Assembly: GCA_018663245.1 (NCBI GenBank)
Contig: JABJEI010000012.1
Coordinates: 9,122 to 73,121, forward strand
DNA length: 64,000 nucleotides
Reading direction: 5' to 3'
DNA from: a bacterium
GTDB lineage: Bacteria; Babelota; Babeliae; Babelales; JABJEI01
Within the stretch, counting starts at the first letter, position 1. Each line of letters opens with the position of its first letter. Positions 1-10,050 of the stretch are shown here, in pieces. The position numbers and the translations under genes were made by a program. Under the pieces are notes generated by a model. It searched no databases and was not told the DNA's origin. It saw only the letters and a list, made by a program, of their open reading frames with translations.

Positions 1-1
1 C

Positions 2-1603
2 ATGAACAAAACCCAACAGCAAATAGGTACCCTGATTTCGGGGTCATTAGCTGAAGGATTTGTAATGCGACTGGGCAGTACAGTCGAGCTTGAACAGATT
101 AAAACCGGCAAATTTGTTGTTGTGCGCGGACGATCCCATACATTTTTTTCTATCATCACCGATCTAAAAATCGAGATCGCAAGAGCCGAAGTTGCTCAAT
201 TCCCTCCCGCACAAAACTCTCTGCTTGCAAATGTCTTACAAGAGTACGACATGTTTGCAAGTGCTTTTTTACGGCCAATGCTAATGCTGTCCGACTCCGG
301 CCAACGAATGCCTGTCAAAACTATACCGCCACATTTTTCCCCCGTGTATGAAGCAAGTCATGATGACATTGCTACAGTATTTGGAGACGAAAAACTGGAC
401 AATACAAAGTACTTTTCTATCGGAAACCCTCTTGACATGGATGCTCCGGTTTGCATAAATCTGGACAAACTTACCGAGCGTAGCAATGGTATTTTTGGCA
501 AAACAGGAACGGGTAAAACATTCATCACTCGCTTAATACTTGCAGGCCTTATTAAAAGTGAAAAAGCAGTTAATCTGGTTTTTGATATGCATAGCGAATA
601 CGGTTTACAAGCCCGTCAGGAAGGAACCGAAAAAGCTTTTGTTAAGGGACTAAAGACTTTATTCCCTAGCAAAGTTGCTATTTTTTCTTTAGACGCAGTC
701 TCTACACGCAGACGAGGCTCATCACCCGATGTCACCATCGAATTAACCTACGACTCAATAAGCGTAGAAGATGTTCTTGGGCTACAAAACGAGCTTAATC
801 TCCATGCAACTGCCGTTGAGGCAGCCTACCTGATCGTTGCTAAGCACAGAAAAAACTGGTTAAAGGCCTTACTTGATTGTGATGGAGACCTTAAAGATTT
901 TGCCCAATCTGTTGGAGCTCATCCAGAATCAATAGCAGCCCTGTATCGCAAACTTAAACGTATTGAACGACTACCGTTCTTCACAAAAAATCATACAAGT
1001 AATGTTGTAGATCAGATGATTGAGTATATTGATCGCGGTATACACGTCATTGTTGAATTTGGTAACTACACATCCAGTTTTTGCTACTTACTAATTGCCA
1101 ACATGATTACGCGCAAACTCCACACCGCCTACATCGCCAAGACCGAAAAATTCCTCGGATCGCAAGACAAACGTGATGAACCTCGAAAACTTTTAATCAC
1201 CATCGAAGAGGCTCACAAGTTTCTTAATCCAACAGCGGCTAAGCAGACTATTTTTGGCATAATTGCACGCGAAATGCGTAAATATTACGTCTCATTGCTG
1301 GTGGTTGATCAACGCCCATCAGGGATTGATGCTGAAGTACTTTCGCAAATTGGCACCAAATTTATCGCTCAACTCAATGATGATAATGACATTCAAGCTG
1401 CGCTGACCGGAGTTAGTGGAGCCCAACAACTCAAAACGGTTTTGAGCACACTTGATTCCAAAAAACAGGCGTTGGTTCTGGGACATGCTATTGCTATGCC
1501 TGTCGTCATTAAAACACGAGAATACGATCAAAAATTTTATTCGGCCATGGCACCAATCACTGCCTCCACTTCAACAAAAAAACTCGTAGAAGAGCTATTC
1601 TAA
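2..1603 (+). CDS. HerA/FtsK-family ATPase (DUF87, N-terminal HAS-barrel-like)
   Basis: Walker A GKTGTGKT, Walker B LITIEEAH, IAREMRKY and DQRPS motifs typical of HerA-like helicases. Confidence 0.85.
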   Translation: MNKTQQQIGTLISGSLAEGFVMRLGSTVELEQIKTGKFVVVRGRSHTFFSIITDLKIEIARAEVAQFPPAQNSLLANVLQEYDMFASAFLRPMLMLSDSGQRMPVKTIPPHFSPVYEASHDDIATVFGDEKLDNTKYFSIGNPLDMDAPVCINLDKLTERSNGIFGKTGTGKTFITRLILAGLIKSEKAVNLVFDMHSEYGLQARQEGTEKAFVKGLKTLFPSKVAIFSLDAVSTRRRGSSPDVTIELTYDSISVEDVLGLQNELNLHATAVEAAYLIVAKHRKNWLKALLDCDGDLKDFAQSVGAHPESIAALYRKLKRIERLPFFTKNHTSNVVDQMIEYIDRGIHVIVEFGNYTSSFCYLLIANMITRKLHTAYIAKTEKFLGSQDKRDEPRKLLITIEEAHKFLNPTAAKQTIFGIIAREMRKYYVSLLVVDQRPSGIDAEVLSQIGTKFIAQLNDDNDIQAALTGVSGAQQLKTVLSTLDSKKQALVLGHAIAMPVVIKTREYDQKFYSAMAPITASTSTKKLVEELF

Positions 1604-1629
1604 AAGACGCAATCCGTCCTTTAAATCCT

Positions 1630-2118
1630 TTGCCCGAAGTCTCAGCGTAGTTCGTAGAACGTAGACGGACCAGTTGCGGCGTAGCTCAAAGAGCGAAGAT
1701 GAATCAAGCTAACTTTCATGCTTTGTTTTTTTACAAGCAAATATCTAAAACTTTTTGCGAGGGGTTGCCCACCCAACCCCTCGCGGACAAAGGTGCCGGG
1801 GGGACCCCTGGACTCCGACGTGCGTAACTTGAAACCTCGAGCTAACGCTCTGCAGTTTCTTCAACAGAGCGCACTCAACTGAGTTCTTTTTTATAGAATT
1901 ACTACTTGCTTAGAAGACAAGTTTTGAATAGGAAAGTTACTATCTATTTTGCCTGGCCTGCAAAGCCTAGAACTCGATAAATGAAGTTATTTTTAAACGA
2001 TTACCGCTGTTGCGACGCCCAAAAATAAACATTACCTTGCCTGCCCGGCCAAGCTTTACGCGAAGCCTGGGTCATCCTCGTGTATACGGGGATCCAGTCT
2101 TTCAATAGCTCATTTAAA
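1630..2118 (+). repeat. Composite intergenic palindromic element (locus R1)
   Basis: 1740-1868 and 2020-2118 match the reverse complement of 36178-36496; 1643-1665 matches 48593-48615; 1933-1968 matches rc of 13558-13591. Confidence 0.85.
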
Positions 2119-2155
2119 AAAACATGAAAAACCATTTTTAAGAATTTTATTAACG

Positions 2156-3334
2156 TTACCGAATACCAATAACATTTGCCATGTTAAATATCGGCAAATA
2201 GACGGCTATCATGAATAGCGCTATCAAAGCACCAAGCACCAAAACAACAATCGGCTGTACAAATGCAGTAAGCCTCTCTAGCGACAGTTTGATACGATCA
2301 TGGTAGTCAGATGCCAAAAGACCCAACTGAAGAGCTAACGTGCCCGATTCTTGACCAACAACAATCATGGCCAAAGACTCAGCTGCAAAAAGGCGCGAAT
2401 AACGTGCACCGACAACATCCAATGCCTCTCCCCCGTCCACTGCATCAACAACCTCGGACAGCTGCTCACGTACCGCAAGCCAAGTTGTTCCACTGTTTGC
2501 AATACGCATGGCCTGACTCAGCGGTATACCCGCTTCTAGCGCTAACGACGTTGCCCTAAAAAACGAAGCAACCTGTGAGTTTCTAATAATTGCCCCACCT
2601 GGCAAACGCAGTAACAAGCGTTGTACCCACGACGGCAAAGACCAACGAATAACAAGGCGAAACAGAGAATACCCGAGTAAGACTAGGGCAACCAAAGCTA
2701 TAATACCTTGACGACTAATTATAAAATGATTCAATGCAAACAAAGCACTTGTGGCCGGAGTTAGCACAACATTACCAAGAGCAAACACCTGCTCAAACTG
2801 AGGGACAACAATTACAAGCAAAAGAAGTACAATGCACATAAAAAAAACAAGCGTTATCAAGGGCCCTCTCAAAGCATTGCGCAACTGCTGTTTAAACGAC
2901 TCACGCAAGGCCAATGTTTTTGCTGTACCCTGCAGCGCCTTTACTAGCTGACTCGACTTATTGCCAGCATGTAAAAGTGGATATGAAGCAGCTGTAGGCA
3001 TTACTTTAATGAGCGAATCAAACAACGATGACCCTCGGGTAACCTCAAGAGCTATCGACTCAACCATGTCCCGCTCGTAACGATTACCCACACGCTTTGA
3101 TAACACATTCAGCGCATCAACAAGCCGTAATCCACGCTCAAGCATAACGGCCAAGAGAGCAAAAAATTGACTGTCATCGACTCGTACAGGCGGTAAAAAA
3201 ATTGTACGCCAAGCTGTCCGCAAACGGCAATCTCTTATCCCACGCCCCTCAAGCAACTGCTGGCACAGATCTCTGTCGGCAGCATAAACACAGCCGCGAC
3301 GACGGCCGTCACCTTTCCAAACAAAATAAGGCAC
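2156..3334 (-). CDS. pilC: Type II secretion/type IV pilus inner-membrane platform protein (PilC/GspF family)
   Basis: Two T2SSF repeats (GLRLVDAL; AGIPLSQAM..VGQESGTL), C-terminal AVYLPIFNM; GTG start. Confidence 0.85.
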   Translation of the reverse strand: MPYFVWKGDGRRRGCVYAADRDLCQQLLEGRGIRDCRLRTAWRTIFLPPVRVDDSQFFALLAVMLERGLRLVDALNVLSKRVGNRYERDMVESIALEVTRGSSLFDSLIKVMPTAASYPLLHAGNKSSQLVKALQGTAKTLALRESFKQQLRNALRGPLITLVFFMCIVLLLLVIVVPQFEQVFALGNVVLTPATSALFALNHFIISRQGIIALVALVLLGYSLFRLVIRWSLPSWVQRLLLRLPGGAIIRNSQVASFFRATSLALEAGIPLSQAMRIANSGTTWLAVREQLSEVVDAVDGGEALDVVGARYSRLFAAESLAMIVVGQESGTLALQLGLLASDYHDRIKLSLERLTAFVQPIVVLVLGALIALFMIAVYLPIFNMANVIGIR

Positions 3335-3378
3335 AACTACTCCTTGCTTTATAAACTGCTCTTAATTTTTTTATTTAA

Positions 3379-3666
3379 TTACATGAGTGACATCTGCTTA
3401 CTAAATCCTAGCTTCTCGTACAACTGCTCAATCGTTATACTTGCCTCGATCCGTATAAGTTTTTTGCGTGAAGTGCGACCCTGCACAATACGAACGCAAT
3501 CACGAGTAAACCCAAGCAATTTAGCCAGAAATTTGCATAGCTCATCGTTAGCCTTTCCTCGCTCTGGAGGACTCTTTAAAAAACATTTTAAAAGACCCGA
3601 CGCTTCCAAAACAAGATTCTGGCGACCGGACGAAGGCATAACCTTAATCTCGACGGTCAGTGCCAT
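3379..3666 (-). CDS. DUF167/YggU family protein
   Basis: VMPSS..SPPERGKANDEL..GRTSRKK signature. Confidence 0.9.
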   Translation of the reverse strand: MALTVEIKVMPSSGRQNLVLEASGLLKCFLKSPPERGKANDELCKFLAKLLGFTRDCVRIVQGRTSRKKLIRIEASITIEQLYEKLGFSKQMSLM

Positions 3667-3772
3667 ATCTTCCTCCCAACAAATATCGATAAATAATTAT
3701 GTAGTTTTGTGATGTTGGCACAAAATCAGAAATAGTTTATCCTGATAGGGTACCGACAACAAAGGGTACGAT

Positions 3773-3863
3773 GGAGAGATGGCTGAGCGGTCTAAAGCGC
3801 TTGCCTGCTAAGCAAGAGACTCAGAAATGGGTCACGAGGGTTCGAATCCCTCTCTCTCCGCCA
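3773..3863 (+). tRNA. tRNA-Ser(GCT)
   Basis: GGAGAGA acceptor stem, anticodon arm CTTGC-CT GCT AA-GCAAG, long variable arm, GGTTCGAATCC, encoded CCA. Confidence 0.97.
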
Positions 3864-3939
3864 TTTTCCGCGTAAAGCTTAGATATGGCAGACTATCTTT
3901 AACAATGATGGTTTTTTGTTTAGACTATAGAATAATAAT

Positions 3940-4016
3940 GCGCCCATAGCTCAATTGGATAGAGCATCAGACTACGAATCTGAAGGTTAGAGGTTCGACT
4001 CCTCTTGGGCGTGCCA
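3940..4016 (+). tRNA. tRNA-Arg(ACG)
   Basis: Cloverleaf, anticodon arm TCAGA-CT ACG AA-TCTGA, GGTTCGACTCC, CCA. Confidence 0.97.
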
Positions 4017-4070
4017 TTCCCCTTCACTAAAAATTTCGCGTTTATCTTGGCTTATAAATAACTATCAAAG

Positions 4071-4826
4071 CTACTTACGGTTCCACCAACCTTTAATCTT
4101 GCTCCACTTATTAATAATTTTATCTTTTATTGATTCTTCTGTTGGTTCTTCTTTTATTTGCTTGGTAACTTTTATGTTATCTAACTTGATTTTACGATCA
4201 GAAAGATACTTTACAATCTCATAAAGCTCATCTTCTGTAAGGTCCAGTACAACCCATCCATAACCGTCATCATCAATACAACCATCTACATAAATTTTTT
4301 CTACACCGTTGTCACCATAAATCACATCAATCTGTTTTGTAGTTGCTCCGTACCGCTTCAGCAAATACCGTCTCAACTGGTTCAAAGCAAACAGGTCGAT
4401 ATGCTCTTGTGCAATATTTTTTCTGACTTTTCTCCAGAACAGTTTTTTATTCGACGTTTTATTAAAATCTTTTTTCAACTTACCTAGATTATTAAGAAGC
4501 TTAAACAGATATGTATGCTCATTCTGTGCCGCCCATCCACGTGCTGTAACACCGTAAGCATCCTTTATACCAAAATCAGCACCATGTTTGATGAAAAGTT
4601 TAACCATATTCATACGGCCAAGTTTTGCAGCCGCATGAAGAGGTGTAGTTTTGTTTGAAGCCTCAGCATTAACACTAACACCGGCATAAATAAGACGTTT
4701 AGCCTCATCAACATCACCACGATATACAGTCTTGTGTAATTTAACGACACCCTGCTTTTTATTGTCATTTGAAGCTTGCATTGCAACAACTACAAACAAA
4801 ATAAATGCCACTCTTTTTATCTTCAT
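4071..4826 (-). CDS. Secreted ankyrin-repeat protein
   Basis: Signal peptide; ankyrin motifs TPLHAAAKLG..LFIKHGAD. Confidence 0.85.
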   Translation of the reverse strand: MKIKRVAFILFVVVAMQASNDNKKQGVVKLHKTVYRGDVDEAKRLIYAGVSVNAEASNKTTPLHAAAKLGRMNMVKLFIKHGADFGIKDAYGVTARGWAAQNEHTYLFKLLNNLGKLKKDFNKTSNKKLFWRKVRKNIAQEHIDLFALNQLRRYLLKRYGATTKQIDVIYGDNGVEKIYVDGCIDDDGYGWVVLDLTEDELYEIVKYLSDRKIKLDNIKVTKQIKEEPTEESIKDKIINKWSKIKGWWNRK

Positions 4827-4995
4827 AATCTCTTCCTTTTCATAATACTTTTGTATCTATTTCTAGGATGACAGAATTGAATGGTCGCCCTATCACATTA
4901 GACCAAATAACCATCATTGCTAGAGCAAAAAAATGGAGACCGAATGGTAAACTACCAAACGATCTCCAAGATTATTCTATAAGTTTTGTTTTACG

Positions 4996-6903
4996 TTAAT
5001 AACGTGCAATATGCTCTGGAATTCCTACACCAAACTGTTCAGTAGTGCTTCCACCTTTTTTTAATGATCTTAGATTCCAAGCATGATCGTTTATAGCTCT
5101 TCCGTAGGGCTTGTAGCCCCTATTCTTGGCAAAAGCATAAAAAGCTTGAATGCGCTTTGACAGCTCTGTAGCCTTTGAAGCACTCCAGTCTTTGTCCCAA
5201 ATAAATGACATGTCATTTACGGTTGGTGATAGCTTTCCAAGAAGCATTTTTAGCGACCGAGCTAATATTTTACCACTCTTAAACAAAGAAAGATGGCCAA
5301 TGTTCAGATTGGGATAAACCTTATCAATGGCAACACGATTCATTGCAAACAAGTTGTTAATAAATAGTTCTACATCATCCTGTGGTATATCTTTTCTGCT
5401 TCTTATCTTTTGCCAGAATAACGCTTTACTTGCCCCATCCGAAAGCTGATCAAATTCTTTTCTCAGAATATCAAGATTGGTTAAAAGCTTTATTGATTCT
5501 ACACTGTTAGACTGCTTAGCTGATTCCAAATAAGTAAATCCGTAATCAGGATTAATAATAGGATCAGCGCCATTTTGTATACAAAGCCTTGCAAGCTCAA
5601 CTTCATCACTCTCTATAAGCCATTCAAGTAAAGTTGCAAACTGTCCTTTGACGTTAGGATCAGCGCCATTTTGCAATAAAAGCTTTATGGAAGCCAGATC
5701 TCTATTTGCCATAGCAAATGAAAGCGCGCTAGATCCATCATCATTCTTTACATTAATGAAATCTTTGAAACAAAATAACAAATCTGTTTTTTCTTTCTCT
5801 CTAGCAGCGCTGATTAAACGTTTAACTATGTCTACATTGTTCTTATATGAAGCTTCCATAAGAATGGTTGAACCATCATTAGAAACAGCACTTATATCAG
5901 CACCATCTTGTATAAACAGATTTACAAGTTCCATGTTTTCTTTACTTACAGCAAAATAAAGTGGCGAGAATCCATATCGATCCTTTACGCCCAAATCAGC
6001 TCCATGCTCCATGAAAAGCTTAACTAACTCTTTATAATTTTCATTGATACATTTTGTGAACGGAGTATTACCATAACTATCTTTTCTATTTACGTCAGCG
6101 CCATTTTCAACAAGAAGCTTCACCATTTCTTTTGCTTTAGAGCCCAGCGACACGGCCACACTTAACAACGTCCCGTAACCAGATTTAATCTTGGAATTTA
6201 CACTTGCACCTTTTTTTATGAGCAATCGCGCAATATCTATTGTGTTATGATAAACAGCATAAGCCAATGGCGTAAGGCCAGAGTCATCGATGCCATTTAT
6301 AAAAGAATCAAAATCAAACTTTTTATTTATCATGGCCTGCTTATAAACAAAATCTAGAAGTAGCGTAATAATCATTGGATTTTTTCTTATAACAGCTATA
6401 TGTAGCAAATTATTATTAATGAAACCTTCAAGATCAAAGGCCTTATCCTCTTTAGCTCGTTTACTAGCGACCTCAATTATAAACTTTATTACACTTAGAT
6501 TATCACTCTTTACGGCATACATTAGCGGAGATCGACCAGTTCTATTTGTGTTACTAATATCTGCACCTGCCAAAACAAGAAGTCGTGCAACATCTAAATG
6601 TTTTCCCCACAAAGCAGTGACAAGCGGAGTATCATCATTATTATCTTTAGCATCAATAAAGTCTTCTAATAATCTAAACGTCTCATCTGTTTCGGCTCGT
6701 TTGCGTGCAGTATCAATCAAAAGCTTTGTTTTATCTACAAGACCTTGCCGCGCTGCATGATTAAGATTTGTTTGACCAGCATAATCTTTTGTATACATAT
6801 TCCTTAACCAAGCATCATCTTCATCATTTGCCCTAACCGAGAAAGCTGTAATCAGAAGTGCAGCTAATAATAGCCTTGGTAGTATTTTTTTTATCTTCAT
6901 CAT
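4996..6903 (-). CDS. Secreted ankyrin-repeat protein with FIWDK C-terminal domain (frame stays open upstream to 7158)
   Basis: Many ankyrin repeats (TPLVTA, SPLMYA, TPLAYA, SPLYFA); signal peptide MKIKKILPRLLLAALL preceded by AAGGA RBS supports a start at 6903/6900. Confidence 0.85.
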   Translation of the reverse strand: MMKIKKILPRLLLAALLITAFSVRANDEDDAWLRNMYTKDYAGQTNLNHAARQGLVDKTKLLIDTARKRAETDETFRLLEDFIDAKDNNDDTPLVTALWGKHLDVARLLVLAGADISNTNRTGRSPLMYAVKSDNLSVIKFIIEVASKRAKEDKAFDLEGFINNNLLHIAVIRKNPMIITLLLDFVYKQAMINKKFDFDSFINGIDDSGLTPLAYAVYHNTIDIARLLIKKGASVNSKIKSGYGTLLSVAVSLGSKAKEMVKLLVENGADVNRKDSYGNTPFTKCINENYKELVKLFMEHGADLGVKDRYGFSPLYFAVSKENMELVNLFIQDGADISAVSNDGSTILMEASYKNNVDIVKRLISAAREKEKTDLLFCFKDFINVKNDDGSSALSFAMANRDLASIKLLLQNGADPNVKGQFATLLEWLIESDEVELARLCIQNGADPIINPDYGFTYLESAKQSNSVESIKLLTNLDILRKEFDQLSDGASKALFWQKIRSRKDIPQDDVELFINNLFAMNRVAIDKVYPNLNIGHLSLFKSGKILARSLKMLLGKLSPTVNDMSFIWDKDWSASKATELSKRIQAFYAFAKNRGYKPYGRAINDHAWNLRSLKKGGSTTEQFGVGIPEHIARY

Positions 6904-6989
6904 TGCATCCTTATTTATAATATTTTTGTATCTATTATTAGGATGACAGAATTGAATAAAAAATGTCAATAGAGATGAAAAAACAAGTT

Positions 6990-7158
6990 GCATAAGAAAA
7001 ACAAGACCATGTCCATTACTTTTAGTTCCACGTATAGCGTCAATTATTTTATTTCCTACACTCTTGATCGATTTGTCGATGCTAAAGTCCCACCCATGGC
7101 ATGTAGTTGCGATTAGCAGAGCCATCGCAACGGTTAGTAATATTGAAAGCTTTTTCAT
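6990..7158 (-). pseudogene. 5' fragment paralogous to 7544..7930, in frame with the downstream ankyrin gene
   Basis: MKKLSILLTVAMALLIA..NGHGLV vs MKKLSILLTVVTALLIA..HGNGLV. Confidence 0.55.
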
Positions 7159-7277
7159 AATAAAACGCCTAAGTTTAATAAAGCGTATTTATTGTGCATG
7201 CACCACAGCGATGCATTACTTATCTCTTTTAACACAACCGAATGGAATCGCAAATAGCAATAGTTTGGCTATTTTGT
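7107..7277. repeat. ~170-bp direct repeat copy 1 (upstream region + signal peptide)
   Basis: Colinear, highly similar to 7879-8049. Confidence 0.9.
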
Positions 7278-7481
7278 GTTATGGTATTTTTTATGTTCTC
7301 AAAACGGGCATTCACTGGAAGGCTTTGCCAAGATATTTTGGAGCATAAAGTATAGATCATGGAAAGTTTATGAGGTGAATTCTTACGCTTGTTTTTAAAC
7401 AAATATGTGACTTGACAAGCGATTTTTACTTATCAAAAAAAATCAACACTGTATTTGATATTCAATTGATTCAAATCATGC

Positions 7482-7519
7482 AAAAGCCCCGAACGGATTA
7501 ACTCCGCTCAGGGCTTTTT
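7482..7519. terminator. Intrinsic terminator-like hairpin downstream of 7544..7930
   Basis: AAAAGCCC...GGGCTTTT with A/T tracts. Confidence 0.55.
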
Positions 7520-7543
7520 AATTGTTAGAGGTAAATTCGTTTT

Positions 7544-7930
7544 TTACTTGGAGTAATATTTATTATGTAAATTAATTGCATCATTTGCCCATTTATAACA
7601 CTGTTCCTTAAGCTTCTTATCTGATTTCTTTTCACAAGAATCGCACCAGCCAGTGAAGTGTGCTTTGGCTGTATAAGACTTAGGAGTCGGTCTTCCACCT
7701 GGAAATCTAGGTACTGTATAGAAAGGCCCTTTTGTCTGCTTTGCAGCCGAAGAACATTTTTGATAAGTCGTGAGCTTACGAGCCACAACAAGACCATTTC
7801 CATGTCTTCTAGTTACCTGGAAGTCGTGACCTCTTTTAGATTTAATGATGTTTATGAGAGACAAAGCCTGGGCTGAATTTGCGATTAGCAAAGCAGTCAC
7901 AACGGTTAGTAGTATTGAAAGCTTTTTCAT
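7544..7930 (-). CDS. Small secreted basic protein with 4 Cys
   Basis: Signal peptide ending AQA; GGAG RBS; downstream terminator. Confidence 0.75.
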   Translation of the reverse strand: MKKLSILLTVVTALLIANSAQALSLINIIKSKRGHDFQVTRRHGNGLVVARKLTTYQKCSSAAKQTKGPFYTVPRFPGGRPTPKSYTAKAHFTGWCDSCEKKSDKKLKEQCYKWANDAINLHNKYYSK

Positions 7931-8049
7931 AATAAAACTCCTAAGTTTAATAAAGCTTATTTATTGTTCATACACCATAGCGATGCATTACTTATCTCTT
8001 TTAGCATAACCTAACAGAATTGCAAATAGCAATAATTTGACTGTTTTGT
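7879..8049. repeat. ~170-bp direct repeat copy 2
   Basis: Colinear, highly similar to 7107-7277. Confidence 0.9.
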
Positions 8050-8308
8050 AATGAAGCTAATTAAGTTAGGGCCGCAAAAAGCGCTGTTTATAGTAAAAAA
8101 AGGGGATAAAATTGCTTTTATCCCTGCGACAAGTCGTAGAAGCAATAAAGTTTTGGCGATCATAAAAGCCCCAACATCAATGTATTATTGAAAGAACTTT
8201 TGAATCATACATTGATGGTATAGTTCATTAAAAATCTTATAAAGCAAATTCAAAATATATCATCTTGGCATGCTCTCATTTGCCGACCACGCCAAGATTG
8301 CCAGGTTG

Positions 8309-8518
8309 TCATAAATTTATTATACAAGATTTAAGTTTAAAACCATCGATCATAGTTGAGTAATGCGTAGCAAAAAGACGCGCGGTCTCACGTAGCGAAG
8401 ACAAAACAGTTGGCGTAAGCGCAAAGGCTTTAACCTGCTCTTTTGCGGCCTCAATTCTCATCAACAACTGCGCAATTTCAGGCGTTATCGTATAAATTGG
8501 TTTAAAATTTGTCGACAT
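8309..8518 (-). pseudogene. Truncated Fic-family protein (N-terminus only)
   Basis: FKPIYTITP..LRETARLFATHYSTMIDG resembles the Fic N-terminal STxIEG region; no HPFxDGNGR core; strong GGGGGAG RBS. Confidence 0.7.
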
Positions 8519-8593
8519 AAACTCCCCCTTCTATTATCAGCTTGTATATAATAATTATACCGATAACGTGCCGATAAATTTTTCTGGTTAGAT

Positions 8594-9049
8594 CTACGAT
8601 CGCTCGTATGTTCCCATCAATACAATCTTATCAAGAATGTGCCCTTTAAGAGCATCCATGAGCTTATGATGATCGGTCATCTTGTCCAAGTCGAGCCGAT
8701 CAACATTCAAAGCATACAGAGTAAAGTAGTATCGATGTGATCCATGTCTCTGTGGCGGCATCGGCCCACCGTACCCATATTTTGGCCAGCTATTTAGTCC
8801 CTGATTAAGCCTACTGTCCTCATGCAAAATACCTTCAGGCAATCGACTGCCTTGAATATTCCATGCAACCCAATGGACCCAATCACCTGCTGGAGCATCA
8901 GGGTCAACACAGGTCAAAGCAAAACTTTTGCTGCCCTCTGGTGCATTTTTCCAAGTAAGCTCAGGCGAAAGGTCAAGCCCTTCCCCAGTATTGCGCCGTG
9001 CAATTGTCCCGCCCTGTTCAAAGGCCGTGCTAGACAAAACAAAAGTCAT
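8594..9049 (-). CDS. YbhB/YbcL PEBP (Raf kinase inhibitor-like) protein
   Basis: DPDAP..WVHWV..GYGGPMPP..HRYYFTLYAL. Confidence 0.95.
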   Translation of the reverse strand: MTFVLSSTAFEQGGTIARRNTGEGLDLSPELTWKNAPEGSKSFALTCVDPDAPAGDWVHWVAWNIQGSRLPEGILHEDSRLNQGLNSWPKYGYGGPMPPQRHGSHRYYFTLYALNVDRLDLDKMTDHHKLMDALKGHILDKIVLMGTYERS

Positions 9050-9118
9050 TTATTTTTCCTTTTACATACTGTTGATTGGGCGCACTACACACCCAACCAT
9101 ACTAGATCTAATATTTAT

Positions 9119-9739
9119 CTAAGAACGATCATCGGCATCATCGTTCTTACCCTGCAAAGATGAATTAGCCAAGCCTAAATTATCATCTTTTTTCGATTGA
9201 TCTGAATCAGACTCTTCAGGTTTTTTATAAACGGGCTCTGGTTTCTCTAGTTTTTGCGAGCGATTGATATCAGCCTCTTGCTGAGTATCTATCGAATCAT
9301 CTTTTGACTCTTTGTTGAACTCTTTTTTAGGCTCTGCCTTAGGCTCCTTTTTGGACTCAACAGGCACAACAACTTGTACGAGATCCGGTTCTGAAACCTG
9401 ACGAGCTGGTTCTTCCTGCTTTAACGGCACTGGTTCGGGGCGTACAGGCTCTGGCGAAGCTTTATGCGGAGACGGGTCCATCGCAGGACGATCAAAAGCC
9501 TTTTCCTGAGCCGGCTTATATACGGGTTCTTCCTTCTTTGCCGGTTCTGGCTGAACCTCTTTTACCACAGGCTCAGCTTTTTGTGGCTGATTATACGAAC
9601 CATGCACAAACGGGTTCGAATCATTACCACTAGAATTGCGCACCTCTCGCTCTTTTTTACTAGACAAAAAAAATGCACCAATTCCTACGGCTGCAACAAC
9701 AATCAATAAAACAGTAATCATTGGGCTTAGTATGGCCAT
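9119..9739 (-). CDS. Membrane-anchored Pro/Glu/Lys-rich hypothetical protein
   Basis: N-terminal TM helix followed by low-complexity EP/K tail. Confidence 0.75.
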   Translation of the reverse strand: MAILSPMITVLLIVVAAVGIGAFFLSSKKEREVRNSSGNDSNPFVHGSYNQPQKAEPVVKEVQPEPAKKEEPVYKPAQEKAFDRPAMDPSPHKASPEPVRPEPVPLKQEEPARQVSEPDLVQVVVPVESKKEPKAEPKKEFNKESKDDSIDTQQEADINRSQKLEKPEPVYKKPEESDSDQSKKDDNLGLANSSLQGKNDDADDRS

Positions 9740-9891
9740 TAGCGATACCCTTCCTTTAAGCTATGACTTAATTATAACACTCCTCAAGTTGTGCGTATCA
9801 TACAAAAATGACCAGTTTTGGTAAACAGAACACAATCTTGATTGCATAGAAGTACCGTTAAGGTTAAGCTACGAAGTAGAAATACTTGTCC

Positions 9892-9983
9892 GGAGAGATG
9901 GCTGAGTGGTCGAAAGCGGCGGTCTTGAAAACCGTTATCTCGTGAAAGCGGGATCGAGGGTTCGAATCCCTCTCTCTCCTCCA
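9892..9983 (+). tRNA. tRNA-Ser(TGA)
   Basis: Anticodon arm GCGGT-CT TGA AA-ACCGT, long variable arm, GGTTCGAATCC, CCA. Confidence 0.96.
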
Positions 9984-9984
9984 T

Positions 9985-10050
9985 TCTTCGCATAAAGCTT
10001 CGAATGCATGTCCTTCGTAGTTTTAACGGAGTAGGAGCAGGCCATTCGCC
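9985..10050 (+). repeat. Palindromic hairpin units directly after tRNA-Ser
   Basis: TGCATGTCCTTCGTAGTTTTAACGGAGTAGGAGC resembles 48429-48462. Confidence 0.65.

Noticed and set aside
2-1603. HerA as part of an anti-phage system (e.g. Sir2-HerA) or a NurA-HerA pair
   Set aside because: No partner gene downstream and the upstream neighbour is outside the window, so it cannot be supported.
9892-9983. tRNA with TGA anticodon and U discriminator as a sign of recoding
   Set aside because: Anticodon UGA reads serine UCA codons; the structure is a normal tRNA-Ser, and TGA ends genes normally here (e.g. jag).
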